64,000 nucleotides of DNA, taken from assembly GCA_050185275.1 (NCBI GenBank), contig JBFWZN010000004.1, positions 320,919 to 384,918 of the forward strand, written 5' to 3'. Origin of the DNA: Vicinamibacterales bacterium (GTDB lineage Bacteria > Acidobacteriota > Vicinamibacteria > Vicinamibacterales > UBA2999). This document shows, piece by piece, positions 8,285 to 17,651 of this stretch; position 1 is the stretch's first letter, and the number at the start of each line of letters is the position of its first letter. Below the pieces are notes generated by a model. It did not search any database and was not told the DNA's origin. It saw only the letters and a program-made list of their open reading frames with translations. The translations under genes were made by a program, and so were the position numbers.

Positions 8285-10876
8285 GTGCCGGCCGGCCGTG
8301 AGCCCCCAGGCGTGAACAGGGCCGCGCGCACCTGGGCGCCCGGCGACTACCTGAGACACCGGTTCAATCCGGAGCTCGGTGTGGGACGCGTCGTACGGAC
8401 GGAGGGCCGCGTCCTGACGGTGGTGTTCGCACGGCCGGGCACGGAGCTGCGTCTGGCCGCATCCACCGATGCGCTCATGCCGGTGGATCTCACGGCCGGG
8501 CGCCCGGTCCGCATCGTGGCCACCCACGAGGCGTCCGTTGTGGCCGGGCGCCTCCCCGATGGGCGTCTCCGTCTGGCCGATGGACGGCTGGTCGAAGCGC
8601 ACGAGCTGTGGCCGCTGTCACTCGATAGCCCGCTGGTCGAACGCCTGGCCATGGGCGAGCTCGACGAGGTCGAGGACTTCCTCATCCGGGTGGACATGCT
8701 GCACCTGCTGGCCCTGCGGGAGGCCGGCGGCCTCGGCTCGTTCCTCGGCGGACGGGTCCGGCTGTTCCCCCATCAGCTGTACGTGGCCGAGCGGGCGACC
8801 GCCGGCGCCACGGCGCCCGTCCGCTGGCTGCTGGCCGACGAGGTCGGGCTCGGGAAGACCATCGAGGCCGCGCTGATCCTGAACCGGCTCGTGCACACGG
8901 GGCAGGTGGAGCGGTGCGTGGTGGTGGTGCCCGAGGCCCTCACGGTGCAGTGGCTGGGCGAACTGTGGCGCAAGTACCACCAGGTCTTCACGCTGCTCGA
9001 CGACACCAGGCTGACCGACGTCGCGCGCGACTTCGGCCAGCACTTCAATCCGTTCGACGTGCACCGCCGTGTGGTCGTCGCGCTCGAACTGCTCGTCGCC
9101 CGGCCGGAGCTCACGGCCCAGGCCGTCGCCGCCGGCATCGACCTGCTCGTGGTGGACGAGGCGCAGCGCCTGCGCCGGCCACCCGGGCATCCTGGCGAGC
9201 CGGCGTGGCGGGCGGTGGCGCCCATCGCCGCCCTCGGCCGGCACGTCCTGCTCCTCAGCGCCACGCCGCTCGAGGACGACGCCCACGGGTTCTTCCGGCT
9301 GTTGCAGTTGCTCCGCCCCGATGAGTTCCCGGACGGTACGAGCATCGAGGCACGCCTCGCCTCCGGCACACCGCTGCCGCCCTGCACCAGCGCCACCCGC
9401 CGCTCGGACATCGGCGGTCTGCCGCCACGCGTGGGCCGGCCGATCGCACTGGACGAGGGCCCCGGCTGGACGCTCCGGCACGACATGGAGACGGCCCTGC
9501 GCACGCGCGCACGCGACGCGGGCAACGTCGTGCAGCAGCGGCAGCACCTGGACCGGCTGCGCCGCGCGATGGCCTCCGGTGCCGCGCTCGCCGCCGTCCT
9601 CGGGCCCGAGGACCACGCGTGGCCGCAACGCACCGCGGACATGGACGCGCAGGATCCACGGCTCGCCTGGCTGCTCGTGCAAGCACCCCGTTGGCGTGCG
9701 GCTGGAGACAAGACGCTGGTCTTCGTCGCACACCGCGAGACGCTGGAAATGCTGCGGACGGCGCTCAGCCACCGGGCGCAGATGGCCACCGGCGTGTTCC
9801 ACGAGGCGCTGTCGCCCGCCCGGCGCGACACCGAGGTCGCGCGGTTCCGGGAAGCCGACGGCCCGAGCCTGCTCGTCTCCACCGAGTGTGGCGGCGAGGG
9901 CCGCAACTTCGAGTTCTGCCGGCGACTCGTGCTGTACGACCTGCCGTGGACGCCGGCAACCGTGGAGCAGCGCATCGGGCGCCTCGACCGCATTGGCCGG
10001 CGTCGGCCCGTGGACATCTGCTACTTCCACCCGCCGGGCGGCATCGGCCTGGACGTCGTGCGCCTGTTCGAGCGGCTCGGCGTGTTCCGGGAACCACTCG
10101 GGGGCCTCGAACTGCAGGTCGCACACGTCGAGCAGGCCCTCGAGGCAGTGGCGCTGAACCCCGTGGGGACGCTCACCGACGCGGCGCTGGATGCGCTCGT
10201 GGCCGATCCGCAGGCGGCCCGTACGCGCATCCGCGAGGCCGCCTACCACCAGCTGCATCGCGATCCGTACCGCGCCGACATGGCGCCGGGCATCCTCGCC
10301 CGCGTACCCGCCGAGCTCGACGCGCTGAACGAGCAGGTCGTCACCAGCGCGTGCGCCCGCCTGGGTTTCTCGCTCGAGCGACCCCGTGGACACCGCACGT
10401 GGGCCATCGAGCTGGGCCAGCAGGCGTTCGTGGACGGCCTCCCAGGCGTGCCCGACGGCGCTTCCTTCGTGGGCTCGTTCGACCGGGAGGAGGCGGTTGA
10501 GGACGAGTCCCTCGACTTCTTCGCCTCCGGTCATCCGCTGGTGGAAGGCGTCTTCGCGTACCTCGAGGAGGCGCCGACCGGTCGTGCCGTGCGCTTCGCG
10601 GTGCACATGGGGAACGAACAGGGCGAGGGCCTGGTGGCCGTCTACAAGACCGCATCGGGCTTCGACGTCGTGGCCATCGACGCCAGCGGCCGGAACAGGC
10701 CCGACTGGGCCGCGCGGCTGCGCGAGCGCCCGCTCCTGGCCCGTCACCTGGCGGTCGAGGCGGCGGGGGAGGCACACTGGCAACAGCTTGCCCGACGGCT
10801 CGGGGCGCTGCTCGATCCGGCACGCCGCCCCGTTGCGCTGGCCCTGATCGCGGTCAGGCCGGCTATGCTGTCGTAG
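8285..10876 (+). CDS. rapA: SNF2-family ATPase, RNA polymerase-associated protein RapA/HepA-like
   Basis: LFPHQL..., motif I LLADEVGLGKTIEA, motif II LLVVDEAQRL, collinear with E. coli RapA as recalled; exact start uncertain (a GTG near 8312 is possible). Confidence 0.85.
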   Translation: MPAGREPPGVNRAARTWAPGDYLRHRFNPELGVGRVVRTEGRVLTVVFARPGTELRLAASTDALMPVDLTAGRPVRIVATHEASVVAGRLPDGRLRLADGRLVEAHELWPLSLDSPLVERLAMGELDEVEDFLIRVDMLHLLALREAGGLGSFLGGRVRLFPHQLYVAERATAGATAPVRWLLADEVGLGKTIEAALILNRLVHTGQVERCVVVVPEALTVQWLGELWRKYHQVFTLLDDTRLTDVARDFGQHFNPFDVHRRVVVALELLVARPELTAQAVAAGIDLLVVDEAQRLRRPPGHPGEPAWRAVAPIAALGRHVLLLSATPLEDDAHGFFRLLQLLRPDEFPDGTSIEARLASGTPLPPCTSATRRSDIGGLPPRVGRPIALDEGPGWTLRHDMETALRTRARDAGNVVQQRQHLDRLRRAMASGAALAAVLGPEDHAWPQRTADMDAQDPRLAWLLVQAPRWRAAGDKTLVFVAHRETLEMLRTALSHRAQMATGVFHEALSPARRDTEVARFREADGPSLLVSTECGGEGRNFEFCRRLVLYDLPWTPATVEQRIGRLDRIGRRRPVDICYFHPPGGIGLDVVRLFERLGVFREPLGGLELQVAHVEQALEAVALNPVGTLTDAALDALVADPQAARTRIREAAYHQLHRDPYRADMAPGILARVPAELDALNEQVVTSACARLGFSLERPRGHRTWAIELGQQAFVDGLPGVPDGASFVGSFDREEAVEDESLDFFASGHPLVEGVFAYLEEAPTGRAVRFAVHMGNEQGEGLVAVYKTASGFDVVAIDASGRNRPDWAARLRERPLLARHLAVEAAGEAHWQQLARRLGALLDPARRPVALALIAVRPAMLS

Positions 10877-11010
10877 GCCCGGACGACGCGACTGCGGCCC
10901 GGGATGGCGGCGCCCGGCAGCCGCACGAACCGGCGATGTGCGCCCACCGGCCGGCCGACACCCGACGGCGCGGGCGTCGCGCCCACCACAGCGAAAGGCA
11001 GGACCGACGC

Positions 11011-12105
11011 ATGACGTGGCACATGGGAACGATCGCCGGCATCGCGGTGCGGATGCACGCCACGTTCCTCCTGCTCCTGGTGTTCGTGGGCTGGCAGCAC
11101 TGGCTGCAGGGGCGGAGCGTGGCCGCGGTGCTCGAGGGCGTGGTGTTCATCCTCGTGCTGTTCGGGTGCGTCGTGCTCCACGAGTTTGGCCACGCGCTCA
11201 CCGCCCGCCGGTTCGGCATCACCACGCGCGACATCACGCTGCTGCCCATCGGCGGTGTGGCCAGGCTCGAGCGCATGCCCGACGATCCGGTCCAGGAGCT
11301 GTGGGTGGCGCTCGCCGGGCCGGCCGTCAACGTCGTCATCGCCCTCGCGCTGGCGGCGTGGCTGGCCTCGTCGGGCGCCCTGGTGCCCATCACCGAGATC
11401 GATGTCGCCCGGGGGCCGTTTCTCGAACGCCTCCTGTACGTGAACGTGCTGCTCGTGGGCTTCAACCTCCTGCCGGCCTTCCCCATGGACGGTGGACGGG
11501 TCCTGAGAGCCCTGCTCGCCACGCGCATGGAGTACACGCGCGCCACGCAGGTGGCCGCGACGCTGGGCCAGAGCATGGCGTTCTTCTTCGGGTTCCTGGG
11601 CATCGTCGGGAACCCGCTGCTGCTCTTCATCGCCCTGTTCGTGTGGCTGGGCGCCAGCCAGGAAGCGAGCATGGTGCAGATCCGGTCGGCGCTGGCCGGC
11701 ATTCCGGTGAGTCGGGCGATGATCACCGAGTTTCGCTCGGTGGCCCCCGGCGACACGCTCGCCACGGTGGTCGACCTGCTGCTCGACGGCGCCCAGCAGG
11801 ACTTTCCCGTCGTGGACGGCGGACGGATGGTGGGCATCGTGCTCGGGAGGGATCTCTCCTCGGCGTTGCAGCAGCGCGGCCCCGACGGCCGCGTGGACGA
11901 CGTGATGCGGCGCGATGCACCTACCGTGGACGGTCGCGACATGCTGGAACCCGTGTTCAGGCGCCTGAGCACGACGGGGTCGCCGGTGGCCGCCGTCGAG
12001 CGCGACGGGCGCATGGTCGGGCTCGTCACGCTCGACAACGTGGGCGAATTCCTGATGGTGCAGAGTTCCCTGGCCAGCCACGACCGCCGCGGGCGGCCTG
12101 TGTGA
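11011..12105 (+). CDS. Site-2 protease family (M50) zinc metalloprotease with C-terminal CBS pair
   Basis: Trimmed to ATG at 11011; HEFGHAL (HExxH), NLLPAFPMDGG, then CBS-like repeats. Confidence 0.85.
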   Translation: MTWHMGTIAGIAVRMHATFLLLLVFVGWQHWLQGRSVAAVLEGVVFILVLFGCVVLHEFGHALTARRFGITTRDITLLPIGGVARLERMPDDPVQELWVALAGPAVNVVIALALAAWLASSGALVPITEIDVARGPFLERLLYVNVLLVGFNLLPAFPMDGGRVLRALLATRMEYTRATQVAATLGQSMAFFFGFLGIVGNPLLLFIALFVWLGASQEASMVQIRSALAGIPVSRAMITEFRSVAPGDTLATVVDLLLDGAQQDFPVVDGGRMVGIVLGRDLSSALQQRGPDGRVDDVMRRDAPTVDGRDMLEPVFRRLSTTGSPVAAVERDGRMVGLVTLDNVGEFLMVQSSLASHDRRGRPV

Positions 12106-12148
12106 GCGCCCCGCGGCCCACCGCTTCTGTTCGAGGCACCGAGACCCG

Positions 12149-13273
12149 ATGACCTACGCTGCCATCACCGGCTGGGGCGCCTGCATGCCTCCCGCCGTCC
12201 TCAGCAACGACGACCTGTCCACCTTCCTCGACACGACCGACGAATGGATTCGCACGCGCACCGGCATGCGGGAGCGCCGGATCTCCCACGTGTCGGCCAT
12301 CGAGATGGCCACCGTGGCGGCCCGACGCGCGCTCGCGTGCGCGGGACTCGAGCCCGATGACGTGGACCTCATCGTGTACGGAGGCGCGAGCGCGGACGAA
12401 CAGGTCCCCAACTCGGCCAGCGGCGTGCAGCTGGCGCTCGGCGCCCGCCGCGCGTCGGCAATGGACGTGAACACGGCCTGCACGAGCTTTCTCTACGGTC
12501 TCTCGACGGCCAGCGCCCTCATCCGTACCGGCTCGGCCCGCCGGGCGCTGGTGATTGGCGTGGAGCTGATCTCCCCGTACATGGACTGGGACAATCGGAA
12601 CGTCGCGGTGCTCTTCGGCGACGGCTCGGCCGCCGTCGTCGTGGAGTCGTCGGAACACCCGGCGGGCGTGCTGGGCGAGCAGCTTGGCTGCTACGCCGAG
12701 GCGCGACACACCCTCCGGGTGAGGGGCATGGGCTGCACCTACGCCAATCACGACGTGGTGTACGGCGACACGCAGTGGGACTTCGACGGCCAGGAGATCT
12801 TCCGCCACGCGGTGCGCGGCATGACGGAGGCGAGCGCGGAGGTGCTGCGGAAATGCGGCGTGACACCGGACCAGATCGATCTGGTGGTCCCCCACCAGGC
12901 CAACCTGCGCATCATCGAGGCCGTGGTCTCGCGTGCCGGCATCCCGATGGACAAGGTGATGCTCACCGTGCAGCGCTACGGCAACATGAGCGCGGCCACC
13001 GTGCCGGTGGCCCTCGCGGAGGCGGTGGAGACGGGCCGCGTCACCCCGGGAGCCCTCATCCTGATGCCAGCGTTCGGCGCGGGCCTCAGCTACTGCGCCC
13101 ACCTCGTACGATGGGGTGACCGCGTCACGCCCATCAGCCAGACCGACGCCGCGCTGCCCGCCCCCACCCACACCGCCCTGGAGATGGTGCAGGCCATCCG
13201 CACGCGCAAGGCATCCGCGCGCGAGCGATCGGGGCCCGGGCTGAACGCCGCGCGTCTGGCGGATCAGGGATAG
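12149..13273 (+). CDS. fabH: 3-oxoacyl-ACP synthase III (KAS III, FabH-like) with C-terminal extension
   Basis: Cys-His-Asn triad contexts NTACTSFLYGL, VPHQANLRII, GNMSAATVPVAL. Confidence 0.85.
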   Translation: MTYAAITGWGACMPPAVLSNDDLSTFLDTTDEWIRTRTGMRERRISHVSAIEMATVAARRALACAGLEPDDVDLIVYGGASADEQVPNSASGVQLALGARRASAMDVNTACTSFLYGLSTASALIRTGSARRALVIGVELISPYMDWDNRNVAVLFGDGSAAVVVESSEHPAGVLGEQLGCYAEARHTLRVRGMGCTYANHDVVYGDTQWDFDGQEIFRHAVRGMTEASAEVLRKCGVTPDQIDLVVPHQANLRIIEAVVSRAGIPMDKVMLTVQRYGNMSAATVPVALAEAVETGRVTPGALILMPAFGAGLSYCAHLVRWGDRVTPISQTDAALPAPTHTALEMVQAIRTRKASARERSGPGLNAARLADQG

Positions 13274-13291
13274 GGCAGTACGGCGTCCCGC

Positions 13292-13324
13292 GCCTGGCGA
13301 GGTCGCGACGCTCAGTCGCCAGGC
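13292..13324. terminator. 9-bp perfect hairpin between convergent fabH-like and last-cassette genes (bidirectional terminator or decayed terminal attC)
   Basis: gcctggcga ... tcgccaggc with a 15-nt loop; overlaps the stop codon at 13312..13314. Confidence 0.3.
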
Positions 13325-13812
13325 CGAGGCAGCCCAGCGTTCGAATCGAGCGCGAGTTCCATCACCACTTCCCCCTCGTCGAATTCGCCGGTGGGGCGAA
13401 ACCCGAGGGAGAGGTACAAGTGTTCGGGTCCCCCTTCACCCGGTACGTACGAGAGCGCCAGCTTCTTGAACCCCTTGCGGCGGGCGTGCTCGATGACGAG
13501 CAGCAGGGCCGCCCTGCCAATGCCCTTGTGCTGGTGCCTGGCATCCACCATGAAGCGCCAGACGCCGACTGCCGGGTTCTGTCGCGGCGGGTCCAGGAGC
13601 GAGTCGTCGGCCAGCATCACGAACCCCACGGGCTCTTCGTCAAGATAGATCGCTCTGTACCAGGCTTCAGGTGCGAAGAGGGCCTGGGCCAACGACACCG
13701 CGTTCGGCGCGACGAACCTGTTCTGATAGTCCGTGACCGCCAGTGCGGTCACCGCCCGCACGGTGCCTGCGGTGATCTCGCGCAATGTGACGCGCTCAGC
13801 GATGCCTGGCAT
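13312..13812 (-). CDS. GNAT-family N-acetyltransferase (cassette 19, distal end of array)
   Basis: Acetyl-CoA block RHQHKGIGRAALLLVIEHARRKGF; start set to ATG 13812 (GGAG just upstream) rather than GTG 13824. Confidence 0.8.
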   Translation of the reverse strand: MPGIAERVTLREITAGTVRAVTALAVTDYQNRFVAPNAVSLAQALFAPEAWYRAIYLDEEPVGFVMLADDSLLDPPRQNPAVGVWRFMVDARHQHKGIGRAALLLVIEHARRKGFKKLALSYVPGEGGPEHLYLSLGFRPTGEFDEGEVVMELALDSNAGLPRPGD

Positions 13813-13817
13813 CTCCA

Positions 13818-13876
13818 ACCTCACGTAGCGTTCACCGGGCGACTACCGCATGGTCCGGCTGAACGACCTGTCAGGC
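13818..13876 (-). repeat. Degenerate attC (site 18)
   Basis: Minus strand: R'' GCCTGAC (contains the TGA stop of ORF 13871..) ... inner arms cgttcagccgg/cccggtgaacg ... R' GTGAGGT; AAC/GTT triplets mutated. Confidence 0.45.
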
Positions 13877-14386
13877 CTCACCATTCAACGCCTCCGCATA
13901 GCGGGCCAGAGACCGGTTGTAGCGAGGCAAGTACTTCGAGAGCGCACTGAGGCTGATACACAGCGCCTCTCGCTCCCGTCCCAAGTCGGCCAGGGCCAGG
14001 GCCAGGAATGCTGCCACAGCCTGATCGAGTTCGTCCGACGGCTGCTGACGCTCAGTGAACAGCATCTCGGCCGCTTCCTCAAGACGCCCAAGGTTTCTGA
14101 GCGAGCTGGCCATCTGAATGCGCGCCCTGCGTCGCCGAAGCCCGGACAGCCCGGCCGCCAGTGACGCGGCATACAGGCTCACGGCTTCTTCCGGCGAACC
14201 CGTCGAGTCATGTGCCGCCCCCAGTTCGAACAATCCCACGGGGTCGCCCGCCGGCCGCTCGGCTGTGAGCTGGCGCATCGCGTGCACGAACTCGGCTGCT
14301 TCGCATTCGTCCAGGCGCGCCCAGAGATTGGACAGGCGACGTTCCCACGCGGCGTCTGGTGTGTGCATGGAGAGAGTGTGCACCAT
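13871..14386 (-). CDS. Helical-repeat (TPR-like) protein (cassette 18)
   Basis: Resembles proteins annotated as tetratricopeptide repeat protein (...RRRRARIQMASSLRNLGR..., ...AFLALALADLGRE...); start placed at ATG 14386 (14368 also possible), downstream of candidate attC 17. Confidence 0.55.
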   Translation of the reverse strand: MVHTLSMHTPDAAWERRLSNLWARLDECEAAEFVHAMRQLTAERPAGDPVGLFELGAAHDSTGSPEEAVSLYAASLAAGLSGLRRRRARIQMASSLRNLGRLEEAAEMLFTERQQPSDELDQAVAAFLALALADLGREREALCISLSALSKYLPRYNRSLARYAEALNGEA

Positions 14387-14442
14387 GAGGCCGTTTGCGG
14401 GGCGTGGCGCGGAGTCAACCGGGCGGCCGCGGATGGACGCCG

Positions 14443-14503
14443 TTCCAACGAGGTGCAGGATACGCAGGCGGCGTCTCGCGGGCACGGTGGCCATCCGTTG
14501 ACG
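14443..14503 (-). repeat. Weak candidate attC (site 17)
   Basis: Minus strand R'' CGTCAAC directly after the TAG stop of ORF 14504.., R' GTTGGAA; arm pairing is poor. Confidence 0.35.
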
Positions 14504-14920
14504 CTACGACGACGCGGCCTGGCCCTTCACGTGATTGGCGAAGTTGTCCAGGATGGCTTGCCAGCCCGCCCGCTGCTGTTCCTCAGAGTGGGTCTCCTCA
14601 CCATCGAAGGTGACCGTGACGAGCACGCCATCCTCCCGGTCCGTGAACTCCACCAGCGCGGTCCGGCCACCGAACTCGTACTCGATGAGCTTGTGCGGAA
14701 CCACTTGCGTGTAGACACCAGCGAAGTCGAAGCCAAATGAACCGTCCTTGGCTTCCATTCGGGACGAGAACTCGCCTCCGGGGCGTAGATCGACGCGTGC
14801 CGCTGTCGTGTGCCAATCAGGCGATGCGGCGTTCCAGGCCTTGATGTCCTCTGGCGTGGTGTAGCACTTCCACACCAGGTGCATCGGTGCAGTGACCACG
14901 GTGGACACGACGATCTTCAT
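14504..14920 (-). CDS. SRPBCC/AHSA1-like protein (cassette 17)
   Basis: AGGAGA 4 nt upstream of ATG; MKIVVSTVVTAPMHLVWKCYTTPEDIKAWN... matches the Activator-of-Hsp90-ATPase-homolog-1-like SRPBCC family. Confidence 0.8.
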   Translation of the reverse strand: MKIVVSTVVTAPMHLVWKCYTTPEDIKAWNAASPDWHTTAARVDLRPGGEFSSRMEAKDGSFGFDFAGVYTQVVPHKLIEYEFGGRTALVEFTDREDGVLVTVTFDGEETHSEEQQRAGWQAILDNFANHVKGQAASS

Positions 14921-14954
14921 GCTGTCTCCTGTGCACTAGAGCGCGTCATGTGAG

Positions 14955-15051
14955 GCCTCACGTGCCGGTTCAGCCGCGAGCGGCGCTCGCACCCCCGTCG
15001 GCCACCCAGCTCTGCCCGCCCCGCTCGCCGGGCTGCAGCGGCTCGTTGGAC
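14955..15051 (-). repeat. attC (site 16), core site degenerate
   Basis: Minus R'' GTCCAAC ... R' GTGAGGC; internal arms ttcagccgcgagcggcg / cgctcgccgggctgcagcgg resemble site 1. Confidence 0.6.
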
Positions 15052-15081
15052 GGCTGGTCGCGTTCAACGCAACGTTCGGCT

Positions 15082-15939
15082 TCACCGTAGCACGAGCGCC
15101 TCGGTGAGAAACGCTTCAACGCGGCGCGGGAGCTCGACGTGGAAGCCGTCCCGGTCGAAACCATCCGGGTCCGTTGCCGGCGGGAAGTCGGGGCGGCGCA
15201 TCTGCGCCGGGAAAGGCGTGAGGAATGAGTAGTGTCCCGCGCCCGGGACCACATCCAATGTCGCCGTCCCCCGCGTGAGCAGGCCCGCCAGGGCCTGCCG
15301 GATCGCAGCGGGCGGGGTCACGTGGTCCCGCTCGCCAGCAAGGACGAGCAGCGGCACCGATACGTCCGCCAGCGCTCCCGGGGCCATGAACCAGTCGGTC
15401 GCCGGCGCGAGGAGGACCGCCGCGCGGACCCGCGCGTCGGCGCGGGTCGGAATCGGCTGGCCGGAGCGTGACCACGGCCGACCGCCGACGAGGGCGAGCG
15501 CCGTGTAGCCGCCCATCGAGTGTCCGACGACGCAGGCGCGCGCGCCGTCAGCCACCTGGCCCAGGACCGGGTCGGCGAGCACCGCGTCGATCGCGCACGA
15601 CGCGTGCCGCGGGCGATCCAGCGCGGCGCGATCCGTGCCCGAGCGCGAGCGGTCATTCCGGTTATCCCCCGGGTGTTCGAGGCTGACCACGACGTAGCCG
15701 CTGATTGCCAGGTGCGTACCGATCGAGCGATAGAGCAGGTGGGATCCGCCGCCGCCGTGGGAGATCACGCAGGTCGGAAAGCGACCGGGAGCCGGCACCG
15801 CATCAGGCGTCGCCTCGAAGTAGTAGGGGCCGATCATCGTTCCGGTGGACGCCTGGTCGGTCGGGTACTGGACCACAGCCGGAAAGGGCGCGCCCCCCTC
15901 CGAGTCGAGGATCTCGAGCTGGCGGATGCCGGAGTTCAC
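15082..15939 (-). CDS. Alpha/beta hydrolase (dienelactone hydrolase / PAF-acetylhydrolase-like) (cassette 16)
   Basis: GTG start at 15939; nucleophile elbow GHSMGG. Confidence 0.75.
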   Translation of the reverse strand: MNSGIRQLEILDSEGGAPFPAVVQYPTDQASTGTMIGPYYFEATPDAVPAPGRFPTCVISHGGGGSHLLYRSIGTHLAISGYVVVSLEHPGDNRNDRSRSGTDRAALDRPRHASCAIDAVLADPVLGQVADGARACVVGHSMGGYTALALVGGRPWSRSGQPIPTRADARVRAAVLLAPATDWFMAPGALADVSVPLLVLAGERDHVTPPAAIRQALAGLLTRGTATLDVVPGAGHYSFLTPFPAQMRRPDFPPATDPDGFDRDGFHVELPRRVEAFLTEALVLR

Positions 15940-15986
15940 GATTCAGTCACGATCAGGGGTGTGTCGCGGAAGGTGCATGTGGTGAA

Positions 15987-16076
15987 GCGTAACGCCTGGC
16001 GATGAGCCGCGCTCGGAGCGCGGGAACGTGGCGCGGGCGAGCGCCCCCACGCGTAGGCTCCACCGCCTTGTCAGGC
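15987..16076 (-). repeat. attC (site 15), inverse core degenerate
   Basis: Minus R'' GCCTGAC (holds the TGA stop of the HicB remnant) ... R' GTTACGC; 3' arm gcgtaggctccaccgcc resembles subfamily B sites. Confidence 0.6.
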
Positions 16077-16235
16077 ATCGATGCTGATGAACTGACTCGT
16101 AGAGCTTGGCTGAGGGACCGGCTGGCCTCCCTCCCGCATTCCCTCGATGTGAAGTTCGACTGCCTCTCGCATCAGCGACTCCACTTCCTGTTGGCTCTCA
16201 CCCAGGTCACCGTCGACCGGACGGCCAGGATCGAC
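16071..16235 (-). pseudogene. HicB-family antitoxin remnant (N-terminal ~25 aa missing)
   Basis: Own translation: ...PGRPVDGDLGESQQEVESLMREAVELHIEGMREGGQPVPQPSSTSQFISIDA, the HicB/UPF0150 C-terminal pattern; no start for a full-length protein; abuts the stop of ORF 16237..17100 in another frame. Confidence 0.45.
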
Positions 16236-16236
16236 G

Positions 16237-17100
16237 CTATTCTGTGAATGCGGATTCGGCTCTCTGGCGCTTGTCCGGGTCTTGCGTCCCTCTCACGTGA
16301 TTCCATAGCTTTGTCTTCAGGGCATTCGGTACTTCTTTCAAGCCCCCGGGGCGTTGCTTCCTAAACGACCATCCTCCGAACAGGCGCGCAGCTCCCTCCG
16401 TTTGTGCGGAGGTCACGCTGGACAACTCGAAGGCCTCGACGAGGCTCCTGGTCGGATACGCAAGGAGGAGCTTTTCGGTTGCCATCTCGTAGAACGGGAC
16501 GCCTGACCAAGGACCCGCTCCTGAACCAAACCATTCGAGCAGGGCACGAATGCGTTTCGGTTCATCTGGCAGCCCCCGTTCAAGAGCGCCCTCCAGCATT
16601 TCAACATCCACCTCCCCAGGGAGTCGTAAGGCCTCTGCCCAGAGCGGGACGATCGCCTCCGGCATCGCGGCCAGCCATCTGTCCCAGTTGCGCTTCTGCT
16701 GCTCCTTCTGAGCCAGCATCCCTCTGACCTCGTCTCGAGGATCAGACATTCCACGGCTCTCGAACCACGATGCCCACTTCTCTACGTCGCCGATGCACAC
16801 GTCGCTGTCCCACAGCGAACAGCGCACCGTCAGGCCATGGTGGCTCGTCAGCTGTACGGGTTTACCGCGGCCCTCGTATAGATAGATGGCAGGCGAGCCG
16901 ATGCACATGCAGTGCAGCCATTCGTCTGGCGGCTCAAGGACCAGACTCCTCCTCAGATCGTCGATGTCTTTGCGATCGGTCGACTCGAACAGCGTAATCG
17001 CAGTGTCCCTCGGGTCCTCCTTGACCACGATCCTCACTGCCCTGGCCAATACACCGTCGAGCTCCGCGAGAACAACAGGCTTCTCCTTCTGCCTGGTCAT
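16237..17100 (-). CDS. Hypothetical protein (cassette 15)
   Basis: Track ORF trimmed to ATG 17100 with AGGAG 6 nt upstream; no domain recognised. Confidence 0.6.
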   Translation of the reverse strand: MTRQKEKPVVLAELDGVLARAVRIVVKEDPRDTAITLFESTDRKDIDDLRRSLVLEPPDEWLHCMCIGSPAIYLYEGRGKPVQLTSHHGLTVRCSLWDSDVCIGDVEKWASWFESRGMSDPRDEVRGMLAQKEQQKRNWDRWLAAMPEAIVPLWAEALRLPGEVDVEMLEGALERGLPDEPKRIRALLEWFGSGAGPWSGVPFYEMATEKLLLAYPTRSLVEAFELSSVTSAQTEGAARLFGGWSFRKQRPGGLKEVPNALKTKLWNHVRGTQDPDKRQRAESAFTE

Positions 17101-17203
17101 GATGTGCTCCTGGCGAACGCGATGCAGACACACGTGTTGCGGCCCAGCAGGACCGCGGCGTGATCCTATACCAGCCGCCGTGTGGTGCAGCTCCGGGCTA
17201 CTA

Positions 17204-17276
17204 GCCTGACGCCCACGCATCACCAGCGGCGCCTCCACGATCGCGCGAGCGCCGTCTGGTGCATGCGGTGTCAGAC
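17204..17276 (-). repeat. attC (site 14) with compensated GAC/GTC instead of AAC/GTT
   Basis: Minus R'' GTCTGAC (TGA stop of ORF 17271.. inside) ... R' GTCAGGC; arms gacaccgcatgcaccagacggcgc / gcgccgctggtgatgcgtgggcgtc pair well. Confidence 0.6.
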
Positions 17277-17642
17277 AGCTGGTTCGTGCGCTCCACGGAC
17301 ACGTACACGTCCCGGCTCCACGATCCAGAGTTGATGTTCGGCCCACTCTGCGGCCAAGACCGGAAGAACCCGGGCCACCAGCTGAAGCACCTGTCGTCGG
17401 CTGGGCTCGGCCGGTCGAAACACCACGATGCCGACGTACGTGCTCGGCGGATAGGTTCGGATATCGGAGAAATCGAGGTCGAGCGTAAAGAGCACGCGAG
17501 CCTCAGATTGGCAAGCCGCCCCGACCGTGGGATCGTCCGCGCCCGCGAGACCTTCGTCGTGAACGGTGTCGCAGATCCACCCGGCAGCGCGAAGGAGCTC
17601 GGCGGCCTCGAGCGGCACGTTCTCATCGAGCTTCGCGCGCAT
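17271..17642 (-). CDS. DUF5615-family (Mut7-C/PIN-like) putative toxin (cassette 14, gene 2)
   Basis: MRAKLDENVPLEAAELLRAAGW...; 9 nt downstream of a DUF433 gene, the usual pairing. Confidence 0.7.
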   Translation of the reverse strand: MRAKLDENVPLEAAELLRAAGWICDTVHDEGLAGADDPTVGAACQSEARVLFTLDLDFSDIRTYPPSTYVGIVVFRPAEPSRRQVLQLVARVLPVLAAEWAEHQLWIVEPGRVRVRGAHEPAV

Positions 17643-17651
17643 TCCCGGACG

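Noticed and set aside
16002-16247. 81-aa plus-strand ORF in the gap between cassette genes.
   Set aside because: It runs antisense across attC 15 and the HicB remnant, and has no RBS or motif.
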